NCBI GenBank assembly: GCA_963662545.2
Contig: CAXXLL010000002.1
Coordinates: 896,001-960,000, forward strand
Direction of reading: 5' to 3'
Length of the DNA: 64,000 bases
From: Gammaproteobacteria bacterium
Lineage (GTDB): Bacteria; Pseudomonadota; Gammaproteobacteria; Ga0077536
A model generated the notes under the pieces. The model searched no databases, was not told the DNA's origin, and was given only the letters and a program-made list of their open reading frames with translations. Shown here piece after piece: positions 10,761-19,464 of this stretch. Made by a program: the position numbers and the translations under genes. The stretch's first letter is position 1, and the number at the start of each line of letters is the position of its first letter.

Positions 10761-11543
10761 ATGGATTTCCAGAACATCATCGTAACGATCGATGACCCGA
10801 TTGCGACCCTGACGATCAATCGACCGCAGCGCCTGAATGCGCTGAACCCGCAGACGATGGAGGAAATCGAACGCGGTATCGGCGTGGTTCGCAGCAATGA
10901 CAACATTCGATGTTTGATCATTACCGGCGCCGGCGAAAAAGCCTTTATTGCAGGCGCCGACATTAACTCTCTTGTGACGATGTCGGCTTTTGACGAAAAG
11001 GAATTCGCCACCCACGGCCTGAGCGTGCTGCGCAGCTTCGAACACCTTCCGATCCCCGTCATCGCGGCCGTCAACGGCTATGCCCTGGGGGGCGGTACCG
11101 AACTCGCTCTGGCCTGCGATTTAATCCTGGCGTCGACGAACGCGAAGTTCGGGCTGCCCGAGATCAATCTCGGCGTCATCCCGGGATTTGGCGGTACCCA
11201 GCGGCTGGCACGCCGGATCGGGCTTCTACGGGCGCGGGAGATGGTCTACACGGGTGAAATGATCACGGCTGAAATGGCACTGAGCTATGGCCTCGTCAAT
11301 CATGTCTACACGCCGCAAGATCTCATGAACGAGGCGCAGGCGCTGGCTAGCAAGATCGCGGCTAAGGCGCCGCTCGCCATCCGACAGGCCAAGGTCGCAT
11401 TGAATACCGGAATCGAGATGGACCTGGACAACGGGCTTCGATTCGAAACCGAAGCGGTAGCCCTGGCATTTGCTACCAATGACAAGATAGAAGGCATGAC
11501 CGCATTCATCGAAAAACGCGAACCGGTCTTCAAGGGTGAGTGA
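10761..11543 (+). CDS. Enoyl-CoA hydratase/crotonase
   Basis: 'AFIAGADI', 'NGYALGGGTELALACD', 'FGLPEINLGVIPGFGGTQRL'. Confidence 0.93.
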   Translation: MDFQNIIVTIDDPIATLTINRPQRLNALNPQTMEEIERGIGVVRSNDNIRCLIITGAGEKAFIAGADINSLVTMSAFDEKEFATHGLSVLRSFEHLPIPVIAAVNGYALGGGTELALACDLILASTNAKFGLPEINLGVIPGFGGTQRLARRIGLLRAREMVYTGEMITAEMALSYGLVNHVYTPQDLMNEAQALASKIAAKAPLAIRQAKVALNTGIEMDLDNGLRFETEAVALAFATNDKIEGMTAFIEKREPVFKGE

Positions 11544-11645
11544 AATGGTGCGCCAGAAACTGTTACAAGCCGAAGATTTGAAAATGATCGCCGGCCTGAT
11601 CGAAGATTCAATGTCACCCAGACTTACTGTGGTGAGGAGCGTCTC

Positions 11646-12625
11646 ATGAGCAACGAACATTGCCCGCGCGAAAATCCCCAGTTCTACAATTTCATGGATC
11701 TCGCCCGCAAGCCGGTCGACGGCCCCCCTGCGGTTGCGGGCATTCCCGGTGCGCTCATGAGCCGTGATTCGCTCTGCGACGCAGAGTCATTGATCGTCGA
11801 GATACCGCCGGGATGGAGCAAGCAGCTTGACGACGCGGAAGGCTCCATTGAATTCTTCATCATGCGCGGGGATTTGAGCTTCAACGGCGAACGCGTCGGT
11901 CCGAGCGGCTACGTCCACGTGCCCCAGGGGGGGGTGGCGGCGAAGCGAGTTCTGAAGCGGGCGCGTTGGGCTTCGTGTACTGGAATCCGAACATTCCCGC
12001 CTTTCCGCCGCCGTATACACAGAATCGCGTGTTGCGGGTGCCGGATCTCGAATGGCGCCAGAGCGTCCCGACCTCGCATAGCATCATGCACAAGCCCTTG
12101 AGGTTGCCGGATCCACACGGCGATGGCTACGAGGGCGGTCCCGGTGGCCACCTGCGTCTGGAGTACATGGCACCCGGCATGGCGACGCCGTTCGAGCACA
12201 ACCATCATGAATGCTGGGAAGAGTTATTCCTGCTCGAGGGCGACATCTTCATCGCCGACGAAGGCGTGATGGGCCCGGGGTCCGCGTGTAGTCACCCCCA
12301 GGAATGGTGGCACGGGCCGTTCGCAACCCGGCGCGGCTGCCTATTTCTGGTGCACACCGACGCCCCGATGGGAGTGCCCTGGGGCATACGCGATTATCCC
12401 TCTCAGGAAGAATTGTGTGACGCCTATTTGAATGAAGGCCATTGGGACCGGCCGATCGAGCACGAATCGTGGGCCACGCTGCCGTGGAAACGGTTTCAGG
12501 ACAATGCGGAATTCGAACAGTGGTTGAAGACCCCCGCGGGTGCGGAATGGGATACCAAGGTGGGGGCCCAGACCGCGTCGAAGTTTCGTGCAAGCTGGAA
12601 GCGGAACGTTACCAAGGTCACCTAA
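11646..12625 (+). pseudogene. Cupin-like (DUF4437-type) protein split by a frameshift in a G8 run
   Basis: ORFs 11646-12101 and 11966-12625 join if G8 at 11927-11934 is G9 (...VHVPQGGGGGEASSEAGALGFVYWNP...); cupin-like 'HNHHECWEELFLLEGD...HPQEWWHGPF'. Confidence 0.65.
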
Positions 12626-12788
12626 GGAATCTCTGAATAAGTTATGGCACACCTGCTCTTGCGCCTGAAATCGCGGAGCTCGGCGTTATGAATCTTGCCC
12701 ATAGTCCCCGCTACGGCCTGCGATTCGTGCCTTGATCCGCACGATTTCATGCACCATTCACCCGCACCATAACTTATTCAGAGGTTCC
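12626..12788. mobile_element. MITE copy 1 (163 bp, IS5-like TIR)
   Basis: GGAATCTCTGAATAAGTTATGG...CCATAACTTATTCAGAGGTTCC flanked by CTAA/TTAA; homologous to 52624-52784 and 58214-58375. Confidence 0.85.
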
Positions 12789-13016
12789 TTAAATCGTGCT
12801 CCGATTTACGAGACCACTTACAATTCGATTACAACAGTGGCTTCTACAAATTTGCAAACCTGGGAACCTGCTTGCGGGCGATTCAAGCGCTCCGTTGCCG
12901 GCAAGGAAGTGCCGCATCGTCTTGAAATTCTTATTGGCCGACGATTTTGAAGAAATTCCCATTCGGATAGGCATCTCGCCGTTGCCGAACTGACTAGCCC
13001 TACGCGAAGAAACATC

Positions 13017-14036
13017 ATGAAGTTTGGTGAGATTCCGCTCGACGAAGCCGAGGGCGCCGTACTCGGCCATTCGGTCAAGGTCGCCAAGCGCAAGACGGCG
13101 AAAGGCCGCGTACTCGACGCAGACGATATCGAGCGTTTTCGCACTGCGGGCTTGGAGCGCATTGTCGGCGCGCGTTTAGAGGAAAGCGATGTCCCGGAAG
13201 ACGTCGCCGCGGATGTCATTGGCTGTGGGCTTAGAAACGACAGCCTACGCGTCGCAGACGCTTCGACCGGGCGGGTTAACGTGTTTGCGCGATTCGATGG
13301 GCTTTGCCTGATTGACGCCGCCGCGATTCACGAGATCAACGCGGTTCACGAAGATATCACGATAGCAACCTTGCCGCCGTACCGGATCGTCTACGAGAAT
13401 GAATTAATCGCGACGATAAAGATCGTTCCGTTCGCCGCGGCTGAAGTGAACTTGTCGAGGGTATCGCAGGTCATCAGGGATAGCGGCGCGCCCGTCCGCG
13501 TTCAGGCTTTTCAGCCACGCACGGTCGGGGTCGTCTTTTCCGAGCTGCCCACGGTCAAATTCAGCGGACTGGAAAAAACCATTCGGGTGCTCGAAGCTCG
13601 GCTGCAGGGACTTGGCGGGACGATCAGTGAAAAGACAGTTTGCCGTCACGATGCTGCAAATGTTGCCGAGACCATGCAAGCGCATCTGAAAAACGACTGC
13701 GACCTGTTGCTTTTGTTCGGCGCGTCGGCAATCGTGGATCGCGGCGATGTGATCCCGCAGGCGATTGTCGAAGCGGGTGGTGAGGTGACCTATTTTGGCA
13801 TGCCGGTCGAGCCCGGCAACATGTTGCTTCTGGGACGGGTGGACGAGGTGGACGTCGTAGGCCTGCCGGGATGCGCCCGATCGCCCGCGTTGAATGGATT
13901 CGACTGGGTGCTGCAGCGTTTGTTCGCGAGGCTCCCCGTCAGTGGGGCCGAGATCGCCGGCATGGGCGTCGGCGGCTTGCTCAAGGAGCCGTCGAGACGC
14001 GTCCGCCAGAAGCGATCCTTATCAGGCGACACGTGA
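13017..14036 (+). CDS. Molybdopterin-binding protein (MoeA/MoCF-like, N-terminal module of MocA-type fusions)
   Basis: 'MKFGEIPLDEAEGAVLGHS', 'TGRVNVFA', 'GASAIVDRGDVIP', 'GMPVEPGNMLLLG', 'GLPGCARSPALNGFDWVL'. Confidence 0.85.
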   Translation: MKFGEIPLDEAEGAVLGHSVKVAKRKTAKGRVLDADDIERFRTAGLERIVGARLEESDVPEDVAADVIGCGLRNDSLRVADASTGRVNVFARFDGLCLIDAAAIHEINAVHEDITIATLPPYRIVYENELIATIKIVPFAAAEVNLSRVSQVIRDSGAPVRVQAFQPRTVGVVFSELPTVKFSGLEKTIRVLEARLQGLGGTISEKTVCRHDAANVAETMQAHLKNDCDLLLLFGASAIVDRGDVIPQAIVEAGGEVTYFGMPVEPGNMLLLGRVDEVDVVGLPGCARSPALNGFDWVLQRLFARLPVSGAEIAGMGVGGLLKEPSRRVRQKRSLSGDT

Positions 14037-14057
14037 CGCCGCGGCCCCGGTGCTTTT

Positions 14058-15254
14058 TTAGTTTTCTAGCAGCGTTTCGTAGCGTTTATCGGTCAAGGTT
14101 TTCAGAAAGGCGATCAAGGCCTCGAGCCGGTCATCGTCGATCGGCTGTCCCTCGTGCAATAGATCGCGATCGACGGACGTTCCGAATTCGGGCTTACGCC
14201 AGCGCCGTCCGGTCTCGGGGTTCATCCGGCTATTTTCGTTCGACACCGTGTATTTGTTGTAGAAAAGTATCGCAGTACGCAAGTCCTTGAATACACCGTT
14301 GTGCATATACGGACCGGTCACGGCGACGTTGCGTAGGGTCGGCACCTTGAACTTGCCGGCAAGATCCGGGCTTTCGACGGCCGGGTTGGCGAGCAAGCCG
14401 GGATCGCGGTGGTCGGTGCCCAGTCCGTTTTTCTGCCTCACCGCCGCGTTCGCTGGAATACCAATGTTGTGGTAGCGGTAACTCGTAAACGTCTCTTGCG
14501 GGTTGATGGACGAGGTATTGAACAGGTGGCAGGTCGTGCAATTCGTCAACGGCGAAAAGAACAGATTGCGACCGGTCGATTCGAGCGCTGTCATTTCGTA
14601 GGTGCCGCGAAGGTAACGGTCGTACTTGGAATTAAAGGGGGCGAAGAATGGCGTTCTTTCGAACGCGCTAATGCTTTGAATGACCGCCTCAACCAACTGT
14701 CGGTCATCGTCGAATGCAGCGTCTCCAAAGCGTTCTTTGAACATTCGCGCGTAATCCGGGTTGTCCCTCACCCTTGCCGCGAGTTCGGCTTCGTCGGATA
14801 AGCCCATCTCGATCGGATTGAAAAAAGGTTCGCGCGCCTGCCTTGCCAGTGTCTCAGCGCGCCCGTCGAGAAAAAAGCCCCCGACGTAGCGGCCGCTTTC
14901 GTCGCGGTGAAAATCCGGACCCATGAATGTGTAAGCCGTGGTCGGTGCGTTGCGATCGCCCAGTGATTTGCCATCGTCGCCGAGTGAGACAGCGCCGTCG
15001 ACGCCGCTGTCCCTGCCATCGGTAAAGGCCCGCGCCGGGTCGTGGCAGGACGTACAGGATTGAGCGCGGTTTCGAGATAGATTGGTATCGAAAAAGAGGG
15101 CACGCCCGATTTCAATGAGCATGCCCGGTTCGCTAACTTCCAGCGACGCATCCGCCCGCACCTCGATGCCCGGCCATATGCAGACAACGAATGCGACGCC
15201 CATGCGGACGGCCCGCGACCTGGATTCTCCGGTTTCAGACAGGATGTGTATCAA
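14058..15254 (-). CDS. Di-heme cytochrome c peroxidase / MauG family
   Basis: Two CxxCH motifs (CTSCH, CTTCH), 'RNAPT', 'FLDGRA', 'FKVPTLRNVAVTGPYMHNG'; start may be ~15203. Confidence 0.92.
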   Translation of the reverse strand: MIHILSETGESRSRAVRMGVAFVVCIWPGIEVRADASLEVSEPGMLIEIGRALFFDTNLSRNRAQSCTSCHDPARAFTDGRDSGVDGAVSLGDDGKSLGDRNAPTTAYTFMGPDFHRDESGRYVGGFFLDGRAETLARQAREPFFNPIEMGLSDEAELAARVRDNPDYARMFKERFGDAAFDDDRQLVEAVIQSISAFERTPFFAPFNSKYDRYLRGTYEMTALESTGRNLFFSPLTNCTTCHLFNTSSINPQETFTSYRYHNIGIPANAAVRQKNGLGTDHRDPGLLANPAVESPDLAGKFKVPTLRNVAVTGPYMHNGVFKDLRTAILFYNKYTVSNENSRMNPETGRRWRKPEFGTSVDRDLLHEGQPIDDDRLEALIAFLKTLTDKRYETLLEN

Positions 15255-15258
15255 ATGG

Positions 15259-15291
15259 ATGTTCGATAGATGTTCGATAGATGTTCGATAG
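15259..15291. repeat. Perfect 11-bp tandem repeat x3 (ATGTTCGATAG)
   Basis: Copies at 15259, 15270 and 15281, just upstream of the peroxidase gene. Confidence 0.9.
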
Positions 15292-15450
15292 AGAACGCAC
15301 GCGCGGGCTTATACGCGCTTCCGCCACGGGCACGTCGATCGCGAATATCCTGTCTGGGCTCAGCGCCTAAGACAGGAAGCGATTATTGCAAGTTCGGGGA
15401 CGAGAATGAAGCAACCGGCGCCCGGCGTGCCACGGAAACCACGCCTGTCT

Positions 15451-15927
15451 TTAGATTGAATCCGCGGCGGCGTCTACGACGTCGGTGGCTTTCAGCATTT
15501 GCTCTACCTTCCGTGCAGAGCGCTCGCACTCATCGATGCTGTTCATAACCTTGAACTTGAGACCCAAGGACGGTTCGTTTCCTTCCAAGTGGGCCAGTAC
15601 CGCCCGGGTCAAATGGCCGCAGGACTCCGTCATGCGCGCTTCGGCGGCGATCAACGTTGGGTCGGCCTGCTCGAAGACTTCGACCAGCGGATAATAGTCG
15701 AGCAATTGATTGGCGATGCGGCTTTGATAGAGGAATACGCGTTCGGCCCGGGAGCGATCGTTACTCGATTGCTGCGCAGACGTATCGAGATCTGTCGGCG
15801 CTTTGCTCATCGTCGTACAGCTCGCGACGAGCATCGCGAAACCTGCGAATGCGACAGCCCTGAGCATCTTGAGTTTCGTGTTGGGGACCTGTTCCATTTG
15901 CGATAGCTCCCGTATTTCTATCTGCAT
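15451..15927 (-). CDS. Hypothetical lipoprotein
   Basis: Signal peptide with lipobox 'LVASC'; two further Cys residues. Confidence 0.6.
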   Translation of the reverse strand: MQIEIRELSQMEQVPNTKLKMLRAVAFAGFAMLVASCTTMSKAPTDLDTSAQQSSNDRSRAERVFLYQSRIANQLLDYYPLVEVFEQADPTLIAAEARMTESCGHLTRAVLAHLEGNEPSLGLKFKVMNSIDECERSARKVEQMLKATDVVDAAADSI

Positions 15928-16191
15928 CGGTCGATTGATCAGTCACTCCTTGAGCTAAAGCGTAGTCGGTGGGCGATCGGGTTGGAGGGAAATACGGCCG
16001 GAGTGTGACTTTCGCCACATATCGAGTGATCGGAATGCGAACCAGTTCTCAGGGTTGCCGAAGCATCCCGAAATCGTTACGAAATGTTAAAAAAATAACA
16101 GGCCAGAAAGGGCGTGGCTGCCGGCCGGACCGACTCCGGGAAACCAGTTCAAAGCGTGGTGAGATTTTCTGCTGCTATCAGCGGAAGGCTA

Positions 16192-16252
16192 TTCGCCCGC
16201 AACCGGGCTCCTACGTTCGGGAGTTCTCCGTAGGAGTCCGCCGGCGGGCAAA
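16192..16252. repeat. GTAG-type REP doublet (inverted pair)
   Basis: Reverse complement of GTAGGAGCCCGGTTGCGGGCGAA at 16192-16214 and GTAGGAGTCCGCCGGCGGGCAAA at 16230-16252, just downstream of the AraC gene. Confidence 0.65.
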
Positions 16253-16284
16253 TCGAATGCTGACTCGTATTTTGAAACGGAAGT

Positions 16285-17361
16285 CTAGCGGCGGTTTCGA
16301 TGCTGCGTGGGCGAAATGCCCGTCCACTCTTTGAACGCGCGCGAGAAGGTGTCGGCGTCCATGAAGCCGAGGTGAGAGGCGATTTCCCGCAGAATCAGAT
16401 CGGTGCGGTCGAGTAATTCCTGCGCTCGCTCGACCCGTACCTCCTTCAACACCGCTGAGTAACTGGTGTTTTCCGATTCGAGACGCCGCTGTAATGTGCG
16501 CTCCGTCAAGTACAGCGTAGCGGCGAGAACAGGCAGCGATGGGATTGGTGTCGCGCTTCTAAGACGACTCCTGACTATGTCCGCATAGTTAAGAGGTTTG
16601 AGCAGTACGTCATTTGTAGATCGACATTGACTCTCGAGGAAGCGATACGCCCTTGCATCGGCCTGCGGCGAGGCGGTATCCCATAGGTGTCTTGCGAACC
16701 GTATCTCGTTCGTCGCTGCACCGAACTCCACCGTGCATCCGAAGAAGGCGGCATAGGCATCCAGATCCGGCGGGAGCATATGCCGGAATCGGACGCACGT
16801 CGGTCGTAGCTGCGGCCCGAAAACACTATGCAATACGGCGAGTGTCACGGTGAGATCGCGTTCCATAAAAAACGGACCACAATCGCCGAGGCCGCTGATC
16901 TCTTCTAGCACGAGGATTTCTTCGGCGTCCTCACGCCACACCGAAAGCTCGACCGGTCCCCAGGCGAGTGACGGGTAGGAGAGCGTCGTGCGGAGAAATT
17001 CGCGCAAGTTAGGCGCCCGTGACGCGGCGAGCCCGACCACGCCGAATCTCGCGACATCGTAGCGCTGACCAACGACGAGGCCCGCGGCCGGAACTTTCAA
17101 ACGTTCCAATGCGCGGCGGGTGAACTTGATTTCCTGATCTACGTGGATGCGATAGCCCGGCTCCTCCAGAGCGAAGCGTGGGATCTCCGCATGAGCGAGA
17201 ATCGGTTCGACCGCATGGCCCTGCGCGTCCAGCAATTCGATGAGGGGCAGGAGCCCGTGGACCAGACGCTCGCTCGAGGGAGCGGGGCTGCCGAAGAGAT
17301 AGTCCGCCGCGTTGCGGGTCTGCCTGCGGCGCCTGGTGCGGTCTGTTGGTCGCGTCGTCAT
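16285..17361 (-). CDS. AraC family transcriptional regulator
   Basis: N-terminal ligand domain; C-terminal HTH 'TERTLQRRL...REIASHLGFMDADTFSRAFKEWTGISP'. Confidence 0.93.
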   Translation of the reverse strand: MTTRPTDRTRRRRQTRNAADYLFGSPAPSSERLVHGLLPLIELLDAQGHAVEPILAHAEIPRFALEEPGYRIHVDQEIKFTRRALERLKVPAAGLVVGQRYDVARFGVVGLAASRAPNLREFLRTTLSYPSLAWGPVELSVWREDAEEILVLEEISGLGDCGPFFMERDLTVTLAVLHSVFGPQLRPTCVRFRHMLPPDLDAYAAFFGCTVEFGAATNEIRFARHLWDTASPQADARAYRFLESQCRSTNDVLLKPLNYADIVRSRLRSATPIPSLPVLAATLYLTERTLQRRLESENTSYSAVLKEVRVERAQELLDRTDLILREIASHLGFMDADTFSRAFKEWTGISPTQHRNRR

Positions 17362-17389
17362 TTCTCGGATTCGGGACCCGTTGTCGTTC

Positions 17390-19408
17390 TCAATGATTCG
17401 GATTTGCCGTGTACTTGTAGAGATCCTTCCAGTAATGGTCGAGCACGGCGTCGTCGGCGCAGCGCGTACATTCGAGTTCGGGATCGCTGACTTCGATAAG
17501 CCCCTTCTTGATCAGGGTTTCCGCGTAGGGGCCTCGGTCGATCAACTTGACGGGGCCGCGCTCTTCGGCGATTTCCTTTCTGAGTTTCTCAGTTGCGGTC
17601 ACGTCGACTTCATGGGTGTCCGGGTCCATGACGATGCCGTAGTGTTTTTCCGCGCTACCGATAGAGACCAGACGCCGGATAACGTCCATGCGCGCCAGTT
17701 CGATGTCGCGCTCCAGCGGATCGCCCCAACCGCCGCCGCCCGGTGTGGTCAAGCGGATCAAGTCGTTTGCTTTGACAGGTACGGCGTCCCGACTGAAGAA
17801 GACGTGCTCTTCATCGTCAGTGCCCGGGTTCCTGATCGACGAACCGGGCGCGCCCCAGCGGCCGCCCTTGATCCCGACACAGGCGAACGCCGTGCGCTCG
17901 GTCACCATGGTGTAGTGGCCGTCGACCAGCGTGCGCAACTCCTTGATGTAACCAAGACCGCCGCGGTACTTACCGGCGCCGCCGGAATCGATGGCAAGAC
18001 CGACCCTTTCGACCTTGACTGGAAAGCGCTGCTCGATGAATTCAGCGGGTAGATTCTTGGAATAAGGCACGAGGTCCACGGCATCGGTTCCGTCCGCATA
18101 GGGCCGCGCGCCAGAGCCCGCGCCGAAGATCTCGCGCATGAGGAACAAGTTTCCTTCGAAGTCCTCGCCGTAGAGTCCGTAGATCTGAATGGTCTGCATG
18201 TCGGCCACGACTTCGCCGTTAAAGGCCTTGGCCAGCGCCACCGTGTAACAACTGATCATGCGGAGCATGCAGGCCATGCGTGAGACGACGGGCGCCGGAA
18301 ACTCGGCGCTCAGCACCGTGCGTTTGGGAACGCGACAGCGAAAAACATCCGTCACCCCTTCATTGATAATGATGCCCGGGATCTGCGCCTTGAAGAAGGC
18401 GCCGAGCCATTTCGAGTAGTGCCTCCCGTCGAGCGCCCAGTTCACCGGCCCCTTCGCCTGCGGACTCGTACCCTCGAAATCGAGGATCATCTTGTGGGGG
18501 TACTTGCGCACGGTGATCTGCAACTTGACCGGCTTATCGAGGGTCAGTCCGTCGGACTCGACGAAATCTTCGCCGACGAATTCCCCCTCCGGGAAAAACG
18601 GCAAGCCCTTGTCGCGTACGACCTCGGCGCAGCGTTCGATGATTTCGTAGAAGGCCGCTTCGACCCTGTCGACGCCGAAACGCTCGCACAGTTCCACCAC
18701 GCGCCGGCGGATGATCTCGTTGGCGCCGACAAAGGCATCGATGTCGCCGCGCAGGTCGTCCGGGAAGCGGCTGTTGCGCAGCAGCACGTCGTAGAGGCCG
18801 TCGTTGAGTACGTCCTCGGCGTGCAGCTTCACGGGCGGGCAGATCGTGCCTTCCTCGAAGATGCTGGTCGACGTATTCGGCCAGGATCCGGCCATGCGGC
18901 CGCCGACGTCGTTTACGTGACCGAAGATCTGCGCAAACCCGATGAGGCGCGCTTCCCAGAAAATGGGCGTCACGACGCAATAGTCCGGCAGGTGCCCGAT
19001 GGTACCGGCCGATCCGAAGACATCGTTGTAAATGAACACATCACCTTCGCGGATCTCCTCGAGTGGAAACTTCATGCGGATGGGATCCGCCGTCGCCGCC
19101 CACGAGACGCGCGACACTGAGAGGCAATCTAGGGTGTTCAAGGACGCGCGGTAGTCATGCTGTTCGCGAATAATGGTCGAGCGCGCCGTGCGTTCGACTG
19201 CCGCTTCGGCTTCCATCACGGCGGCCTCGATGCCGCCGTCGACGATGTCGACGAGAATGGGATCGAGATCGACGCGCGCCTTGCGGATGCGTTCGACATC
19301 GGCCGATGTGGGCTCAACCGTTCCGTAGCGGAACGGCGCATAGTCCGCGAACGCGGCCTCTTCGTTTTCTTTCTCGTAATAACTGGGTGAAAACTCTTTT
19401 TCGGTCAT
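17390..19408 (-). CDS. Hydantoinase B/oxoprolinase family subunit
   Basis: 'STIIREQHDY', 'GHLPD', 'GHVNDVGG', 'DSGGAGKYRGG', 'TPGGGGWGDPLER'. Confidence 0.93.
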   Translation of the reverse strand: MTEKEFSPSYYEKENEEAAFADYAPFRYGTVEPTSADVERIRKARVDLDPILVDIVDGGIEAAVMEAEAAVERTARSTIIREQHDYRASLNTLDCLSVSRVSWAATADPIRMKFPLEEIREGDVFIYNDVFGSAGTIGHLPDYCVVTPIFWEARLIGFAQIFGHVNDVGGRMAGSWPNTSTSIFEEGTICPPVKLHAEDVLNDGLYDVLLRNSRFPDDLRGDIDAFVGANEIIRRRVVELCERFGVDRVEAAFYEIIERCAEVVRDKGLPFFPEGEFVGEDFVESDGLTLDKPVKLQITVRKYPHKMILDFEGTSPQAKGPVNWALDGRHYSKWLGAFFKAQIPGIIINEGVTDVFRCRVPKRTVLSAEFPAPVVSRMACMLRMISCYTVALAKAFNGEVVADMQTIQIYGLYGEDFEGNLFLMREIFGAGSGARPYADGTDAVDLVPYSKNLPAEFIEQRFPVKVERVGLAIDSGGAGKYRGGLGYIKELRTLVDGHYTMVTERTAFACVGIKGGRWGAPGSSIRNPGTDDEEHVFFSRDAVPVKANDLIRLTTPGGGGWGDPLERDIELARMDVIRRLVSIGSAEKHYGIVMDPDTHEVDVTATEKLRKEIAEERGPVKLIDRGPYAETLIKKGLIEVSDPELECTRCADDAVLDHYWKDLYKYTANPNH

Positions 19409-19464
19409 TTTAATCCTCGTGATTCATTCTCTACTACGAACTCATATCGCGCTGGCTGCAAACC

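Noticed and set aside
13017-14036. Truncation of a MocA-type fusion
   Set aside because: The ORF ends at the natural domain boundary and stand-alone forms are plausible; no remnant of a second domain seen
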